This document shows, piece after piece, positions 48,282-58,043 of a stretch of 64,000 nucleotides of DNA. Origin of the DNA: Candidatus Omnitrophota bacterium (lineage in GTDB: Bacteria > Omnitrophota > Gorgyraeia > Duberdicusellales > 4484-171). The DNA lies in the NCBI GenBank assembly GCA_037146775.1, contig JBAWWL010000006.1, positions 15,120 through 79,119 of the forward strand, read 5' to 3'. Below the pieces are notes generated by a model that searched no databases, was not told the origin of the DNA, and was given only the letters and a program-made list of their open reading frames with translations. The position numbers were made by a program, and so were the translations under genes. The number at the start of each line of letters is the position of its first letter. The first letter of the stretch is position 1.

Positions 48282-49121
48282 TTATTCAAGCCAGTATTTT
48301 GTAAAAAGATACCATTGCTGAGGATATTTTTTCAGATATTTTTCCAAAACTTTCGCGTACGCTTCAAGTACCATTTCTTCGCTGGTTAGTTTTTGTCCCT
48401 GGATATCGATAGGTGCTTCAAATATTAAGCGGTAAAATATTCTTTTTTCCCGCACAAGAAATGCCGGAACGATACAAGCACCCGTTTTAAGCGCAAAAAA
48501 AGCCGGCCCCTTAGGAAGCCTCACTCGATGGCCCATCATGGTTATTTCGAGCCCTCCGCCAAAGAAATCTCTATCGCCCAAAAACGCCACAACGGTAGGC
48601 TCGCGCAACAAAGAAACGCATTTCCTTACCGTCACGCCTGCGGGAATAATATGTATACCGACCATTTTGCGCTGACGATTAAAAAGTTCATTGATACGCT
48701 GATCTTTATGAGGAAGAGCAACCGCGTGTACCGTGTAACCCAAAAGGGACGTAATCGCACCGGCAAGCTCATAATTACCCAGATGTGCGGTCACCGTTAA
48801 TACACCCTTGTTTCCATCGAGCGGCTGGGGCAGATACTCCAGCCCGCTAACGGTTACATATTTTTCAATAAAACGTTTATCCAGCTTTTCATATCGGAAA
48901 AAATCAACTAGGTAATACGCGAAATTGATAAAAACCTCTCGAGCCACACGCTTCGCTTCTTTGGCATCAGGAATAATAGCCGACAGGTTATACATAAGAG
49001 CTTCCCGCTCTTTTCTGGAAAAATAAAATTTAAGCACCGCTATGCACTTTGCGATGCGGTAGCAGAACACACGCGGAAAAATGAGCGTGAGTCTTTTCGC
49101 TAAAACATAAAAATAATACAT
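48282..49121 (-). CDS. Lysophospholipid/lipid A acyltransferase family (LpxL/PatA-like)
   Basis: TAHLGNYEL (HxxxxE), LGDRD, PKGPA..A, YPQQW. Confidence 0.88.
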   Translation of the reverse strand: MYYFYVLAKRLTLIFPRVFCYRIAKCIAVLKFYFSRKEREALMYNLSAIIPDAKEAKRVAREVFINFAYYLVDFFRYEKLDKRFIEKYVTVSGLEYLPQPLDGNKGVLTVTAHLGNYELAGAITSLLGYTVHAVALPHKDQRINELFNRQRKMVGIHIIPAGVTVRKCVSLLREPTVVAFLGDRDFFGGGLEITMMGHRVRLPKGPAFFALKTGACIVPAFLVREKRIFYRLIFEAPIDIQGQKLTSEEMVLEAYAKVLEKYLKKYPQQWYLFTKYWLE

Positions 49122-50236
49122 TATAACGCCAATCTGATGATAAGTTCAGCTATACGTAACGAAGAATTCGCAAGCGATATTCTTTTTGCCCGCTCTTTTA
49201 GGCCGAACATATTCTGCGCATCCTCCAAAAGCTTTTTCGCTTCTTCCCCCACTAAAGCGGGCTCGTCCGCTCTGATCACCGCCTGCTTGCTTAAAAGATA
49301 GTTTACATTCCTTTCCTCTTGGCCGGGTATAGGCTTGGTAATAATAATCGCTAGGCCCTTGGCAAGTGCTTCCGAAATAGTAATACCACCGCTTTTAGTG
49401 ACAATAACGTCGGCGACATCCATCAAACGATGTATAAAGTCAACATATTCGAAACAAAATATGGGTTTTTTGAAACGAGATTTATTATCAATGAACCATT
49501 CATATAACTTTTTGTTCTTGCCGCATACCACAATAGTTTGAAAATCACAACTTGAGTCGTCAAGAGTTTGCGCTATCTTCGCTATCGGGCCTATCCCCAA
49601 CCCTCCGCCCATGATCAGAACCGTACGCAATTGTTCGTTGAATCCGAATTCCCTGACTACCTGTTCTCTCGGTTGAGAGGTAAGAAACTTCACAGAAATA
49701 GGAATACCCAATATTTCTATTTTGTCTTCGTTCACCCCTTCACGTATTAATGCCTCTTTCGCCTCGCTACACGCAACAACGTATTTATCAACGGCAGGAT
49801 GCAACCAGAATCCGTGCGGATGGTAATCGGTAACTACGGCAACCAGCGGTATTTTGATACCAAAATGCTTTTTAAAATCAGCGACTAAGCCGCAGGGAAA
49901 TGCCTGAGTAGCCACAAAACAATCAGCGGGAAATTCTTGCAGTAAACGGGACAATGGTTCAAAAGTGCGTTCGTTAACAAACTTACGTAAGGGGTTCAAA
50001 TTTTTTATGATTGGTTTTCGATCATATATACTACCCCACAAATACGGTACATGTTTTATAACGGCGGTATACATGCCGTCCACGAACTTTTCGGTCCGTG
50101 GATAAAAATATCCAAACCCGTTTACGTTACGCAGCAAGAGGCTGGGATCACGCTCCAGGAGCGCTTCTTTGATATTACTCGCTGCCTTGCTGTGGCCGCC
50201 AAATTCAGAAATATAAAACAGTATAATCCTTTTCAC
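49121..50236 (-). CDS. Diacylglycerol glycosyltransferase (UgtP/MGDG synthase-like, GT28)
   Basis: GGH..AA, VVTDY..H..W, GIPI, MGGGLG, TKSGGITISEA, PIPGQEERN. Confidence 0.88.
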   Translation of the reverse strand: MKRIILFYISEFGGHSKAASNIKEALLERDPSLLLRNVNGFGYFYPRTEKFVDGMYTAVIKHVPYLWGSIYDRKPIIKNLNPLRKFVNERTFEPLSRLLQEFPADCFVATQAFPCGLVADFKKHFGIKIPLVAVVTDYHPHGFWLHPAVDKYVVACSEAKEALIREGVNEDKIEILGIPISVKFLTSQPREQVVREFGFNEQLRTVLIMGGGLGIGPIAKIAQTLDDSSCDFQTIVVCGKNKKLYEWFIDNKSRFKKPIFCFEYVDFIHRLMDVADVIVTKSGGITISEALAKGLAIIITKPIPGQEERNVNYLLSKQAVIRADEPALVGEEAKKLLEDAQNMFGLKERAKRISLANSSLRIAELIIRLAL

Positions 50237-50286
50237 GTGTGTGTATACCTCTGGCGCAATATGTTTTTCATTTTATAGTGTGATAC

Positions 50287-51450
50287 TTACGTGCGAAACG
50301 GATAGGCTTTCAGAAATGCATCAACAGCGCAGGGCGCAAACTGCTTTCCTCTATTACGCACTATCTCGGCACGAGCTTGCTCTCGAGAAATACCCTTATG
50401 ATACGGCCTGTCGGTCACCATCGCGTCAAACGTATCGGCAAGGGCAATGATCGAAGCTATCAAGGGAATTTGACGCCCCTTAAGACGGAACGGATAGCCA
50501 TTACCATCATATTTTTCGTGATGATACTTGACCCCCAGTAATACCTCCTGAAACGCCTCGATATGCTCTAAAATAGCCGCACCCACAAGAGGGTGAGTTT
50601 TAACCAATTTCTTTTCTTTTTTGTTTAGCCGCACGTTTTTATGAAGAATGTGTTCCGGAATCCCGATCTTTCCTATATCATGCAAAAGCGCGGCTATGTT
50701 AAGATTCTCCACAAAACGTTCCCAGTTTTTGATAGGTTTGCTCTTGCGCAAAACATGCGCAATATGAAGCGCATATTTTGCCACTCGCTCGGTATGGCCA
50801 ATTGTATATTTATCTTTTGCCTCAATGCTTGAGGCAAGTGACGCGATCGTCTGCAGCAGAAGCCGTTTATTGGCGTCAATTTGGCGGTTAAGATCTTCAA
50901 TGAGCCAGGCATTTTTGAGCGCCATAACTATATCCGAAGCGAGCGTTGAAAGAAAGCTCAGCTCGGCGTCGTGAAATTTTTTTTTATTTGCCTTCTCTCC
51001 CAAAAACAAAACCCCAACCAAGTCATTGCGGAAAAAACCGGGAATACACGCGTGAGCCTGATACGAAAAAAGTGCGTCTTTGACTTCCTCTAAAAATTTC
51101 TTCATTGGGGCATTTTCCCCGATCCCAAAAGACTCACATGCGCCGCTGACCCCATCGGCAGTAATTATTTCTCCGGGGAAATAAATACTTTTATCGGTAA
51201 AACACCTGATAAGAGGATTGTCTTTTCGTATTTTCGCAAAACCAGCCGGTATTTTAAACCCTCGGCTGCCGCGGGAAACCTGCAGCACATATTCATCCCT
51301 TTTTTTATCATAAATAAACATGCCTGCATGGCTCAATCCGACAGCACGGACAATCGTGCGTAAAATCATTTTTATCAACGTATTCGCCCGATGAATCATA
51401 ATAGTCTGACGGGCAGCTTTTTCCAATGCTTTACGATAATCGAGCTTCAT
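50287..51450 (-). CDS. GAF plus HD-GYP phosphodiesterase
   Basis: GAF-like N-terminus; KDKYTIGHTERV, HDIGK, HHEKYDGNGYP, DTFDAM..DRPY. Confidence 0.92.
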   Translation of the reverse strand: MKLDYRKALEKAARQTIMIHRANTLIKMILRTIVRAVGLSHAGMFIYDKKRDEYVLQVSRGSRGFKIPAGFAKIRKDNPLIRCFTDKSIYFPGEIITADGVSGACESFGIGENAPMKKFLEEVKDALFSYQAHACIPGFFRNDLVGVLFLGEKANKKKFHDAELSFLSTLASDIVMALKNAWLIEDLNRQIDANKRLLLQTIASLASSIEAKDKYTIGHTERVAKYALHIAHVLRKSKPIKNWERFVENLNIAALLHDIGKIGIPEHILHKNVRLNKKEKKLVKTHPLVGAAILEHIEAFQEVLLGVKYHHEKYDGNGYPFRLKGRQIPLIASIIALADTFDAMVTDRPYHKGISREQARAEIVRNRGKQFAPCAVDAFLKAYPFRT

Positions 51451-51495
51451 AGTATGTTCTTACGGGTATGTTCTATACATGAAAACTGGCAGGAG

Positions 51496-51870
51496 TTAAG
51501 GGTTACCGATATACATTTCAACCTTCTGTCGTAGTTCATGCAAATCTAACGGTTTTGTAATATAATCCAACGCGCCGCATTTCTTCGCTTTCTGTTGACA
51601 TTTCTTGTCATCTTTACCGGTAATCATGATGACCTTCAGGGAGGCGTCTGCCGCCCTAAGTTCTTCAAGCACGGCAATACCATCTTTGTCGGGCATTTGG
51701 ATATCCAAAAAAACATAATCCGGTTTATGCTCGCGATATGCAGCAAGAGCCTCTTGGCCTTTATTTATCTTAATGACGTCGAAATTAAAACGCCTTAAGA
51801 AATGTTCTAAGAAATCAACAATTTCCTGTTCGTCGTCTACCACTAATGCTTTTTTTCTGGCATCATTCAT
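51496..51870 (-). CDS. Single-domain response regulator (REC)
   Basis: VVDDE, FLDIQMP, ITG, DYITKP. Confidence 0.93.
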   Translation of the reverse strand: MNDARKKALVVDDEQEIVDFLEHFLRRFNFDVIKINKGQEALAAYREHKPDYVFLDIQMPDKDGIAVLEELRAADASLKVIMITGKDDKKCQQKAKKCGALDYITKPLDLHELRQKVEMYIGNP

Positions 51871-51983
51871 TTTTTAATACCATAGAAACTATTTTCATCA
51901 ATACTATCATATTTATTGCGCAGGGTAAATATCTTTTTGGTAGGAAAAAACAGACCATTATCGCAAAACAGTTGCCAAGGAAG

Positions 51984-53321
51984 CTAAATTAAAGAAAGAT
52001 ATTCCTTCCCTTCCAGGAAAGGGTTTAAGGAGCGCTCGATTTTATAGCCGGGCTTTTTCTCGCTTAAATTAAGTATTCCTTTTTTCTCTGAAGGGACTAG
52101 CACTTCTACGGTAGGAAAAAATATATCTTCCGCATTCTCTTCTCTGACTACGGCAATATAACCGTCCTCAAGAACCACGATAGTACCTCTCGGCCACACC
52201 CCCATTATCTTGAAAAATTTTTCCAAAAGAAAAGGATCAAACGCCCCGGCACTTTCCCGCATCATTAAATCATAAATCATCCGTGGCGGATAATCTCTCT
52301 TGTACGTTCTACGTTGCATCAGCGCATCATACACGTCACAGATCGAAACCAGCAAAGAAATAATATGAGGCTTTTGCTTAAAAGAAAGCTTCGGATACCC
52401 TTTCATATCGTAGCGTAAGTGATGTTCAAACGCCACGACCGCCGGCAACATTCCCAGCGTATCCACATATTGCAAGAGCATCTCGGCCCCCTGGATCGTG
52501 TGACTTTGTATAGTCAAAAATTCTTCGCTCGACAGTTTATCCGGCTTGGTAATAATACGCTTCGATATGTAAATCTTACCGATATCGTGGAATAATGCGG
52601 CAATGCCGACATCCAACATATCATCCTTTGAAAGCCCAAGCATCGCAGCAAAATTCATAGACAGAATCGAAACATTTAAAAGATGCGTAAACGTCGAAAC
52701 ATCATATTTTTTAATCCCTGCAAGTTTAGCAAACTCTTCATAATTACCCACGAGATTATCTACCACCATCATCATGGTAAACTTAAGCCCTACTCCATCC
52801 ACCTCTTTGTTGTCAAGCAGCACATCGACAAACTGAGAAGTCCGCTCTAACGAATTATCATAATAGTCTTGATAACCCGTCGGCTGCACCGCAACGGCTT
52901 CGGACGAAGAAAGCCCGAGTTTACTCACCAGAACATTTCGAATGCCCTGCACAGAAAAATATTCCTGCACATCTTTAGGAGCTTTATCGCGGGTTAACGC
53001 AAGATATTCCACAAATTTTGCTAATTCATCTCTGGACAGGCCACGGTGAAAAATAATTTTTTCTATTCCCCGCTCTTTGAATAAAGAAATAATTAATTTT
53101 GCTTTTTTGCTCAACTCAAAGAAAATTTCTTTTTCAAAAATAAGCTCATCCCCGACCACCCCTATCACCAGTTCTTCTTTTTCGTCTAAGAGTGCGACAA
53201 GACTGGCGTAATTTTTATCAAGAAATTCCATGAATTTAGGATGCGCGGTAGTATAAATCTTAGCTATCTGGAACAAAGACAACAAATCCTTTAAAAAACA
53301 CTCAATCCTTTCGCGCATCAA
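51984..53321 (-). CDS. HD-GYP domain protein with an uncharacterised N-terminal domain
   Basis: TFTHLLNV, HDIGK, EHHLRYDMKGYP, DVYDAL..RRTY, GVWP.GT.V.L. Confidence 0.9.
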   Translation of the reverse strand: MMRERIECFLKDLLSLFQIAKIYTTAHPKFMEFLDKNYASLVALLDEKEELVIGVVGDELIFEKEIFFELSKKAKLIISLFKERGIEKIIFHRGLSRDELAKFVEYLALTRDKAPKDVQEYFSVQGIRNVLVSKLGLSSSEAVAVQPTGYQDYYDNSLERTSQFVDVLLDNKEVDGVGLKFTMMMVVDNLVGNYEEFAKLAGIKKYDVSTFTHLLNVSILSMNFAAMLGLSKDDMLDVGIAALFHDIGKIYISKRIITKPDKLSSEEFLTIQSHTIQGAEMLLQYVDTLGMLPAVVAFEHHLRYDMKGYPKLSFKQKPHIISLLVSICDVYDALMQRRTYKRDYPPRMIYDLMMRESAGAFDPFLLEKFFKIMGVWPRGTIVVLEDGYIAVVREENAEDIFFPTVEVLVPSEKKGILNLSEKKPGYKIERSLNPFLEGKEYLSLI

Positions 53322-55233
53322 GCTCCTCTATTGTCCGCTTAGCCAAAAAACGTAAGCGACGATTCCAAAAGAATCTTCGCTGAGCCAAACGTCTTAAGTA
53401 CTCCTTCGCCTCTCTTAACCCAACATCGCGGACAATCTTAACATTTTCCTCCAAAAACTTATTCCTAAACCACAACTGATCCGAAAAACTAAGCAGCAAC
53501 TCCGCCGCCTTTTGGCGTTGTCCCTGGTCTTTCATAAGAGCAATCACAGCCTGCTTTTTAATTATTACACCGGACTCCTCCAAAAGCGCATATAAGAAAT
53601 CTGCCTCCAGATAAGAAGCCTGCTCGAGTGCCCGTAATATTTCTAACTTCAGAAAACTGTCACACACATAAAAAATATCCTTTAAAAACTTAAAAGAATA
53701 TATATTATCCACTTTGCATACACTCTCGATAAGCTTTTTCATAAAAGCTATATCATCGACTTTTCTTTTGATACGCTGAAAAAGGGCATCAATTTCGTCA
53801 GGAAAAAATTTTAAAAATAACTCGATAATATAAGAGGTATGGGCACTGCCGCTAAATATCTTATCAATATACGTATCGACGCCAATAGTGCTTTTTTGCA
53901 TATAGCCGACAAAAAAGCCGGGATCAAAACCGATATCATCGCTCAACATCGTCTCTTCCGCAAAAGCGCTAATACGTGTTCCTAATTCCTCAAACCCCTG
54001 GAATTGGGCAACATTTTTCTTTTTTATGTCCTCTAAGGCCGTAGCCAATGTGGTAAGATAAGCAAAATCCTTGTCTTTAACGATAGCATCAAACTCTTTT
54101 ATAATACTATTCGCAACGCGCTGCAGTTGCTCTCCTCTTTTTTCTTGTGTAAGTACATTCAACTGCAGAAGCCGGTAATTTTTCGTAACCAGTTGGCGGT
54201 TGAATGAAATGGCGCCATCCTTAAATGACTCTTCCATAAGAGTGGAGAGGTAACGATGGTATAGCTCGGAAAAAAATGGATCGTCCACCTGAGAGAATAC
54301 TTCGACGACCCTTTTGATCATTGCCGGATTAGCGCGTAACTCGGCTTTTACCTTGTCGGTAAACGCAACAGTAAACGCTTGCCGATATTTCTGACCTAAC
54401 AATTTCGAAAAAAGCACTAAGTTAAGAGGGTCGAATCGTTCATTCGCTGCCATCTCACCCCACAATGTGTCAACAAATTCTTTTTCGGTGGCATATTGCA
54501 AAAATGATTTCAATTGCTCAGTCTTACCTGCATCGAGAGATGCGCGGTCTTGCAACACCGTTCGCAGTAACTTTTTGGTACACCGGTACAACCGCTCCCG
54601 ATCGTTTTCCTTAAGATAAGCAAATAGCTGCTCAACATTTTCTCGAACAGTAGCATCGTCAAAAATCTTTGTGCCAGAAGTGGTTATAAACTTCTCAAAA
54701 TGATCGGCGATATCGGTTATCGCGGGTGCGTTTTTCTTTCCAAGCGCTTCCCTCAAGAGATACCCCCACACATCTGTGCATTCCTCGATTCCTCCGGCCT
54801 GCAGCAACTCTGAATAATCGAGCTCCGTCAATCGGATATGCGTAATATTTTCTTTTCCCAGAATAAAAGACAGTCCTCCCCGTTTAAGAATTTCACTCGG
54901 CATAAGAGCAATACTATTTAAAAAAACTATCAGCTCCTCGACGGTAATGCCCTGGCGTATTTCGATAGTCTTTATTTTTCGGCGATGGAACGCATGTGCG
55001 AGATCTTTATAAAGCTGCTCTCCTTCCCAATATTTTTCAGCACAAAAAAGCGAAACGGGGGTGACGCCGACAGTTAAAGGGTCCGATATAGCCAGAAGAA
55101 CGTATATGCTCTCTTCCAGGCTTTCGACAGATTTGATAAAAGCGGGGTGCTCCTTAAAATAAATAGAAGTAGTATTGAAGGCTACGCGTAGCTTTTTGAA
55201 AAAATCTTCGTATAACGTTTCTCTTTCCATCAA
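53302..55233 (-). CDS. Large helical (HEAT-repeat-like) protein
   Basis: 643-aa helical ORF; N-terminus similar to that of the next gene; overlaps both neighbours. Confidence 0.7.
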   Translation of the reverse strand: MMERETLYEDFFKKLRVAFNTTSIYFKEHPAFIKSVESLEESIYVLLAISDPLTVGVTPVSLFCAEKYWEGEQLYKDLAHAFHRRKIKTIEIRQGITVEELIVFLNSIALMPSEILKRGGLSFILGKENITHIRLTELDYSELLQAGGIEECTDVWGYLLREALGKKNAPAITDIADHFEKFITTSGTKIFDDATVRENVEQLFAYLKENDRERLYRCTKKLLRTVLQDRASLDAGKTEQLKSFLQYATEKEFVDTLWGEMAANERFDPLNLVLFSKLLGQKYRQAFTVAFTDKVKAELRANPAMIKRVVEVFSQVDDPFFSELYHRYLSTLMEESFKDGAISFNRQLVTKNYRLLQLNVLTQEKRGEQLQRVANSIIKEFDAIVKDKDFAYLTTLATALEDIKKKNVAQFQGFEELGTRISAFAEETMLSDDIGFDPGFFVGYMQKSTIGVDTYIDKIFSGSAHTSYIIELFLKFFPDEIDALFQRIKRKVDDIAFMKKLIESVCKVDNIYSFKFLKDIFYVCDSFLKLEILRALEQASYLEADFLYALLEESGVIIKKQAVIALMKDQGQRQKAAELLLSFSDQLWFRNKFLEENVKIVRDVGLREAKEYLRRLAQRRFFWNRRLRFLAKRTIEELDARKD

Positions 55234-56378
55234 AAATATTCTTTATATATCCTGAGAAAACGATGGAAAAACGAATCTTGGCCGCCACGGATTCGCTCAA
55301 GATACCGGCATGCCGCGTAACAGGCGCAACCGTACGACAAAGACTCCCCCACGCCAGCGGCAGCAACAACTACGGATTGCGGTATAAAACTTTTCAAGAA
55401 ATCAGCAAAACCATCCTTTGCATTTAAACGCCCCGTAACAGTGAGGTTAAACTCCTGAGGTACATCTTTACGGATAGCTTCTATGATAACGTTTATTTCA
55501 TTCTTTATGTATTCCTTAACAAATGAATTGACGGTATTCGTACTCACGTTAAGATACGTATCTGCGTTTTTGATACTTACCTCTTTAAAATACGGCAACT
55601 CCCGGAATGATATATAGCGATCAAATACCTCTTGGGATAAAGACACAGGAATGAAATGTTTCTTTGCCAGCTCCTGCAAGATACTTTTTAAACCGAAAGC
55701 AAATTCCTGCACGCACAAAAGATTTCCTTCTACAAATATCGCGACATTACTTTTTTCGTAACCAATGTCAATAATACCGGCGGCGTTTGCCGAAATCAAT
55801 TGTGTGCCGTTTGCGGAAACCGAACTTGCGGCTGCAAAAATCATACCACCCAGCTTTTTCTCTAGATGCGAGAATACCCCCTCTATATCCTTACGAAATG
55901 CATCTTTTACCCACACAAGAAGCGATTTCAACTTTATTTTTTTCGCAACCACGCCCACAGGCGGCCGCACATAGCTTTTCCCTTCAACTTCATAACGCAG
56001 CACAAAATGATGCATACAAAAATCATCCCAGTCTAGATACGCGTCTTCGACATATTTTTTCGTAAATAAAATATCGCCGGAGGTGATTTTTTTACGTTTC
56101 CCTAAAGGAACTATGGATTCAACCACGCGCCGCTGTTCCAGCCCCCATGGGACATTGAGATACACCGTATCGACAGAAATAGAGAGCGCTCGAGCCTCTT
56201 CCTCTATAGCCTTGACAATAGCCGCCGCGTTCGCTTGCAGAAAATGAGAAAAGTTGTTACCATCAAAAGGTATAGCCAATTGCGTTTCGCGCAGACAATA
56301 CGCTTCGGACTTCGCCAGCCTCACCAGCGAAAAAAAAGTTTTATCCGGCCTGACATCTATGCCGCAAACCATTTTCAT
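55230..56378 (-). CDS. ftsA: Divergent cell division protein FtsA
   Basis: Position after ftsQ; GID, 1C domain (Y.V.G...PP.G), IIDIG, TG, C-terminal amphipathic helix SFFHRFLRIYKEYF. Confidence 0.78.
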   Translation of the reverse strand: MKMVCGIDVRPDKTFFSLVRLAKSEAYCLRETQLAIPFDGNNFSHFLQANAAAIVKAIEEEARALSISVDTVYLNVPWGLEQRRVVESIVPLGKRKKITSGDILFTKKYVEDAYLDWDDFCMHHFVLRYEVEGKSYVRPPVGVVAKKIKLKSLLVWVKDAFRKDIEGVFSHLEKKLGGMIFAAASSVSANGTQLISANAAGIIDIGYEKSNVAIFVEGNLLCVQEFAFGLKSILQELAKKHFIPVSLSQEVFDRYISFRELPYFKEVSIKNADTYLNVSTNTVNSFVKEYIKNEINVIIEAIRKDVPQEFNLTVTGRLNAKDGFADFLKSFIPQSVVVAAAGVGESLSYGCACYAACRYLERIRGGQDSFFHRFLRIYKEYF

Positions 56379-57127
56379 CGTCTGTATCCCACGTATGCTT
56401 TCCTATAACGCAAATCAATATACTCAACCAAAGAAAGATCGCCCCTAAGCTGCTCTTTCAAAAGGTTTTCCAGAATGTAGAGTTTACGGGAAAATTCCTC
56501 TTTGCCAATAATCACTTTTGTATCTCCCATCATAAAATAAAAACTCTGCGGCTGCGTCGTATTAATCGCCGTAACAGGAAACTTTCTAAACACTTTATGC
56601 TTATTCAATTCGTCACTTAAGATAACCGCCGCAGTTAACCGTGGGTCTTTGAGACGCATTCCTCTGCGCAGACGAAAATGATAATCAGCCACCTCCAAGA
56701 GAATGATATTTTGAAATGCGCGAGAAGAAGGATCGCTCGTGATCACCCCTTCTCTGTCAATCAAACAAAAACCTTGGCTGGTGAGCTGTGCAAACGGCTT
56801 TCTTGTTTTAATATCTATGCGCACCGCCGAAGGAAATTCCTTGGTAATATGTATTTCTTTATATTCGGGATGAATAGTACGTATATATGTATAAATGTTT
56901 TTCGCAGGTAAATGGAAAAGGGATACGCCTAATAACCGCGTCTTAATGCTTTCCTCTATCGTAATATTCGCGCGCACCTGCCGTACGATAAAGAAGTTGC
57001 TCGCAAGAATTCGTATCGCACAAAACAACGCCAGCACGATAAGAACCAGCGACGCCCCTATCCACGCAAAAAAAGGGTTAAACTGAGAACTAACTTTTCC
57101 TGACTTCTTGAAATTGTTTTTTTTCAT
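56375..57127 (-). CDS. ftsQ: Cell division protein FtsQ/DivIB
   Basis: N-terminal TM, POTRA-like FPSAVRIDIK.R.P, IDREG, C-terminal YIDLRY. Confidence 0.85.
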   Translation of the reverse strand: MKKNNFKKSGKVSSQFNPFFAWIGASLVLIVLALFCAIRILASNFFIVRQVRANITIEESIKTRLLGVSLFHLPAKNIYTYIRTIHPEYKEIHITKEFPSAVRIDIKTRKPFAQLTSQGFCLIDREGVITSDPSSRAFQNIILLEVADYHFRLRRGMRLKDPRLTAAVILSDELNKHKVFRKFPVTAINTTQPQSFYFMMGDTKVIIGKEEFSRKLYILENLLKEQLRGDLSLVEYIDLRYRKAYVGYRR

Positions 57128-58043
57128 TGAGGGCTAACCAAACCATTCTTGCGACAAGTTCATCAAAGCTAATCCCACAGCACCGAGCCGAAAGCGGCAG
57201 GAGACTGTGAGTGGTCAACCCGGGTATAGAATTTACCTCTAAAACATATACGGCGTTGTCGGTCCGCAGACGTATATCCACCCGAGAAAAATGTTTACAC
57301 CCTAAAGCCTGATGTGCGCGTAAAGCTTCTTCCTGTATGCATTGATAAAGTACGTCGTCTAATTGTGCAGGGACAACAAATTCGGCTAAACCATCACTAT
57401 ATTTCGTTGTAAAATCAAAATATCCTTTTTTTGGAATAATTTCAACAACCGCCAAGGGTTTTTCTTCTAAAATACCGACCGTAAATTCCCGGCCTTCAAT
57501 ATATTCTTCTATGACTACCTTGTTTTGAAACGCACAGGCTTTGCCCAGGGCTGCAGGAAGAGATCCCGCGTCGGTTACAACGGAAACACCCAGGCTGGAG
57601 CCGGCAAAATACGGTTTCACCACCACCGGATAGGTGATACCATACGGTATACCCTTCCCTTCCTCGTAAACTAAAAAGCCGGGGGTGGGTACTTTGCATT
57701 TTATAAACATCTTTTTTGAAAATATTTTATTCATAGCCAAATAGCTCGCTGCCTGCCCCGAACCGGTGTAAGTAATCGAAACCTCGTCAAGAATTTTCTG
57801 AATGCGACCATCTTCCCCAAACTCACCATGAAGAGCGATAAAAGCTACGTCGATATTGCTTGCAGATAAAAGCTCTTTCACTTTTTCCGGTTCGCAGGTT
57901 ACGATATCGATAAAGACAGAGCGAACATTGTTTCTTCGTAACGCGTTATAAGCTTCCTGACCTGAAATAAGAGATATTTCTCGCTCTCCCGACACCCCTC
58001 CGGCTAAAACACCCACCGTAAGACTATCTGGAATTAATCCCAT
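57090..58043 (-). CDS. ddl: D-alanine--D-alanine ligase
   Basis: GGVSGEREISL.SG, LHGEFGEDG, GSSLGV, EEYIEGRE, LEVNSIPGLT.HSL. Confidence 0.95.
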   Translation of the reverse strand: MGLIPDSLTVGVLAGGVSGEREISLISGQEAYNALRRNNVRSVFIDIVTCEPEKVKELLSASNIDVAFIALHGEFGEDGRIQKILDEVSITYTGSGQAASYLAMNKIFSKKMFIKCKVPTPGFLVYEEGKGIPYGITYPVVVKPYFAGSSLGVSVVTDAGSLPAALGKACAFQNKVVIEEYIEGREFTVGILEEKPLAVVEIIPKKGYFDFTTKYSDGLAEFVVPAQLDDVLYQCIQEEALRAHQALGCKHFSRVDIRLRTDNAVYVLEVNSIPGLTTHSLLPLSARCCGISFDELVARMVWLALNEKKQFQEVRKS

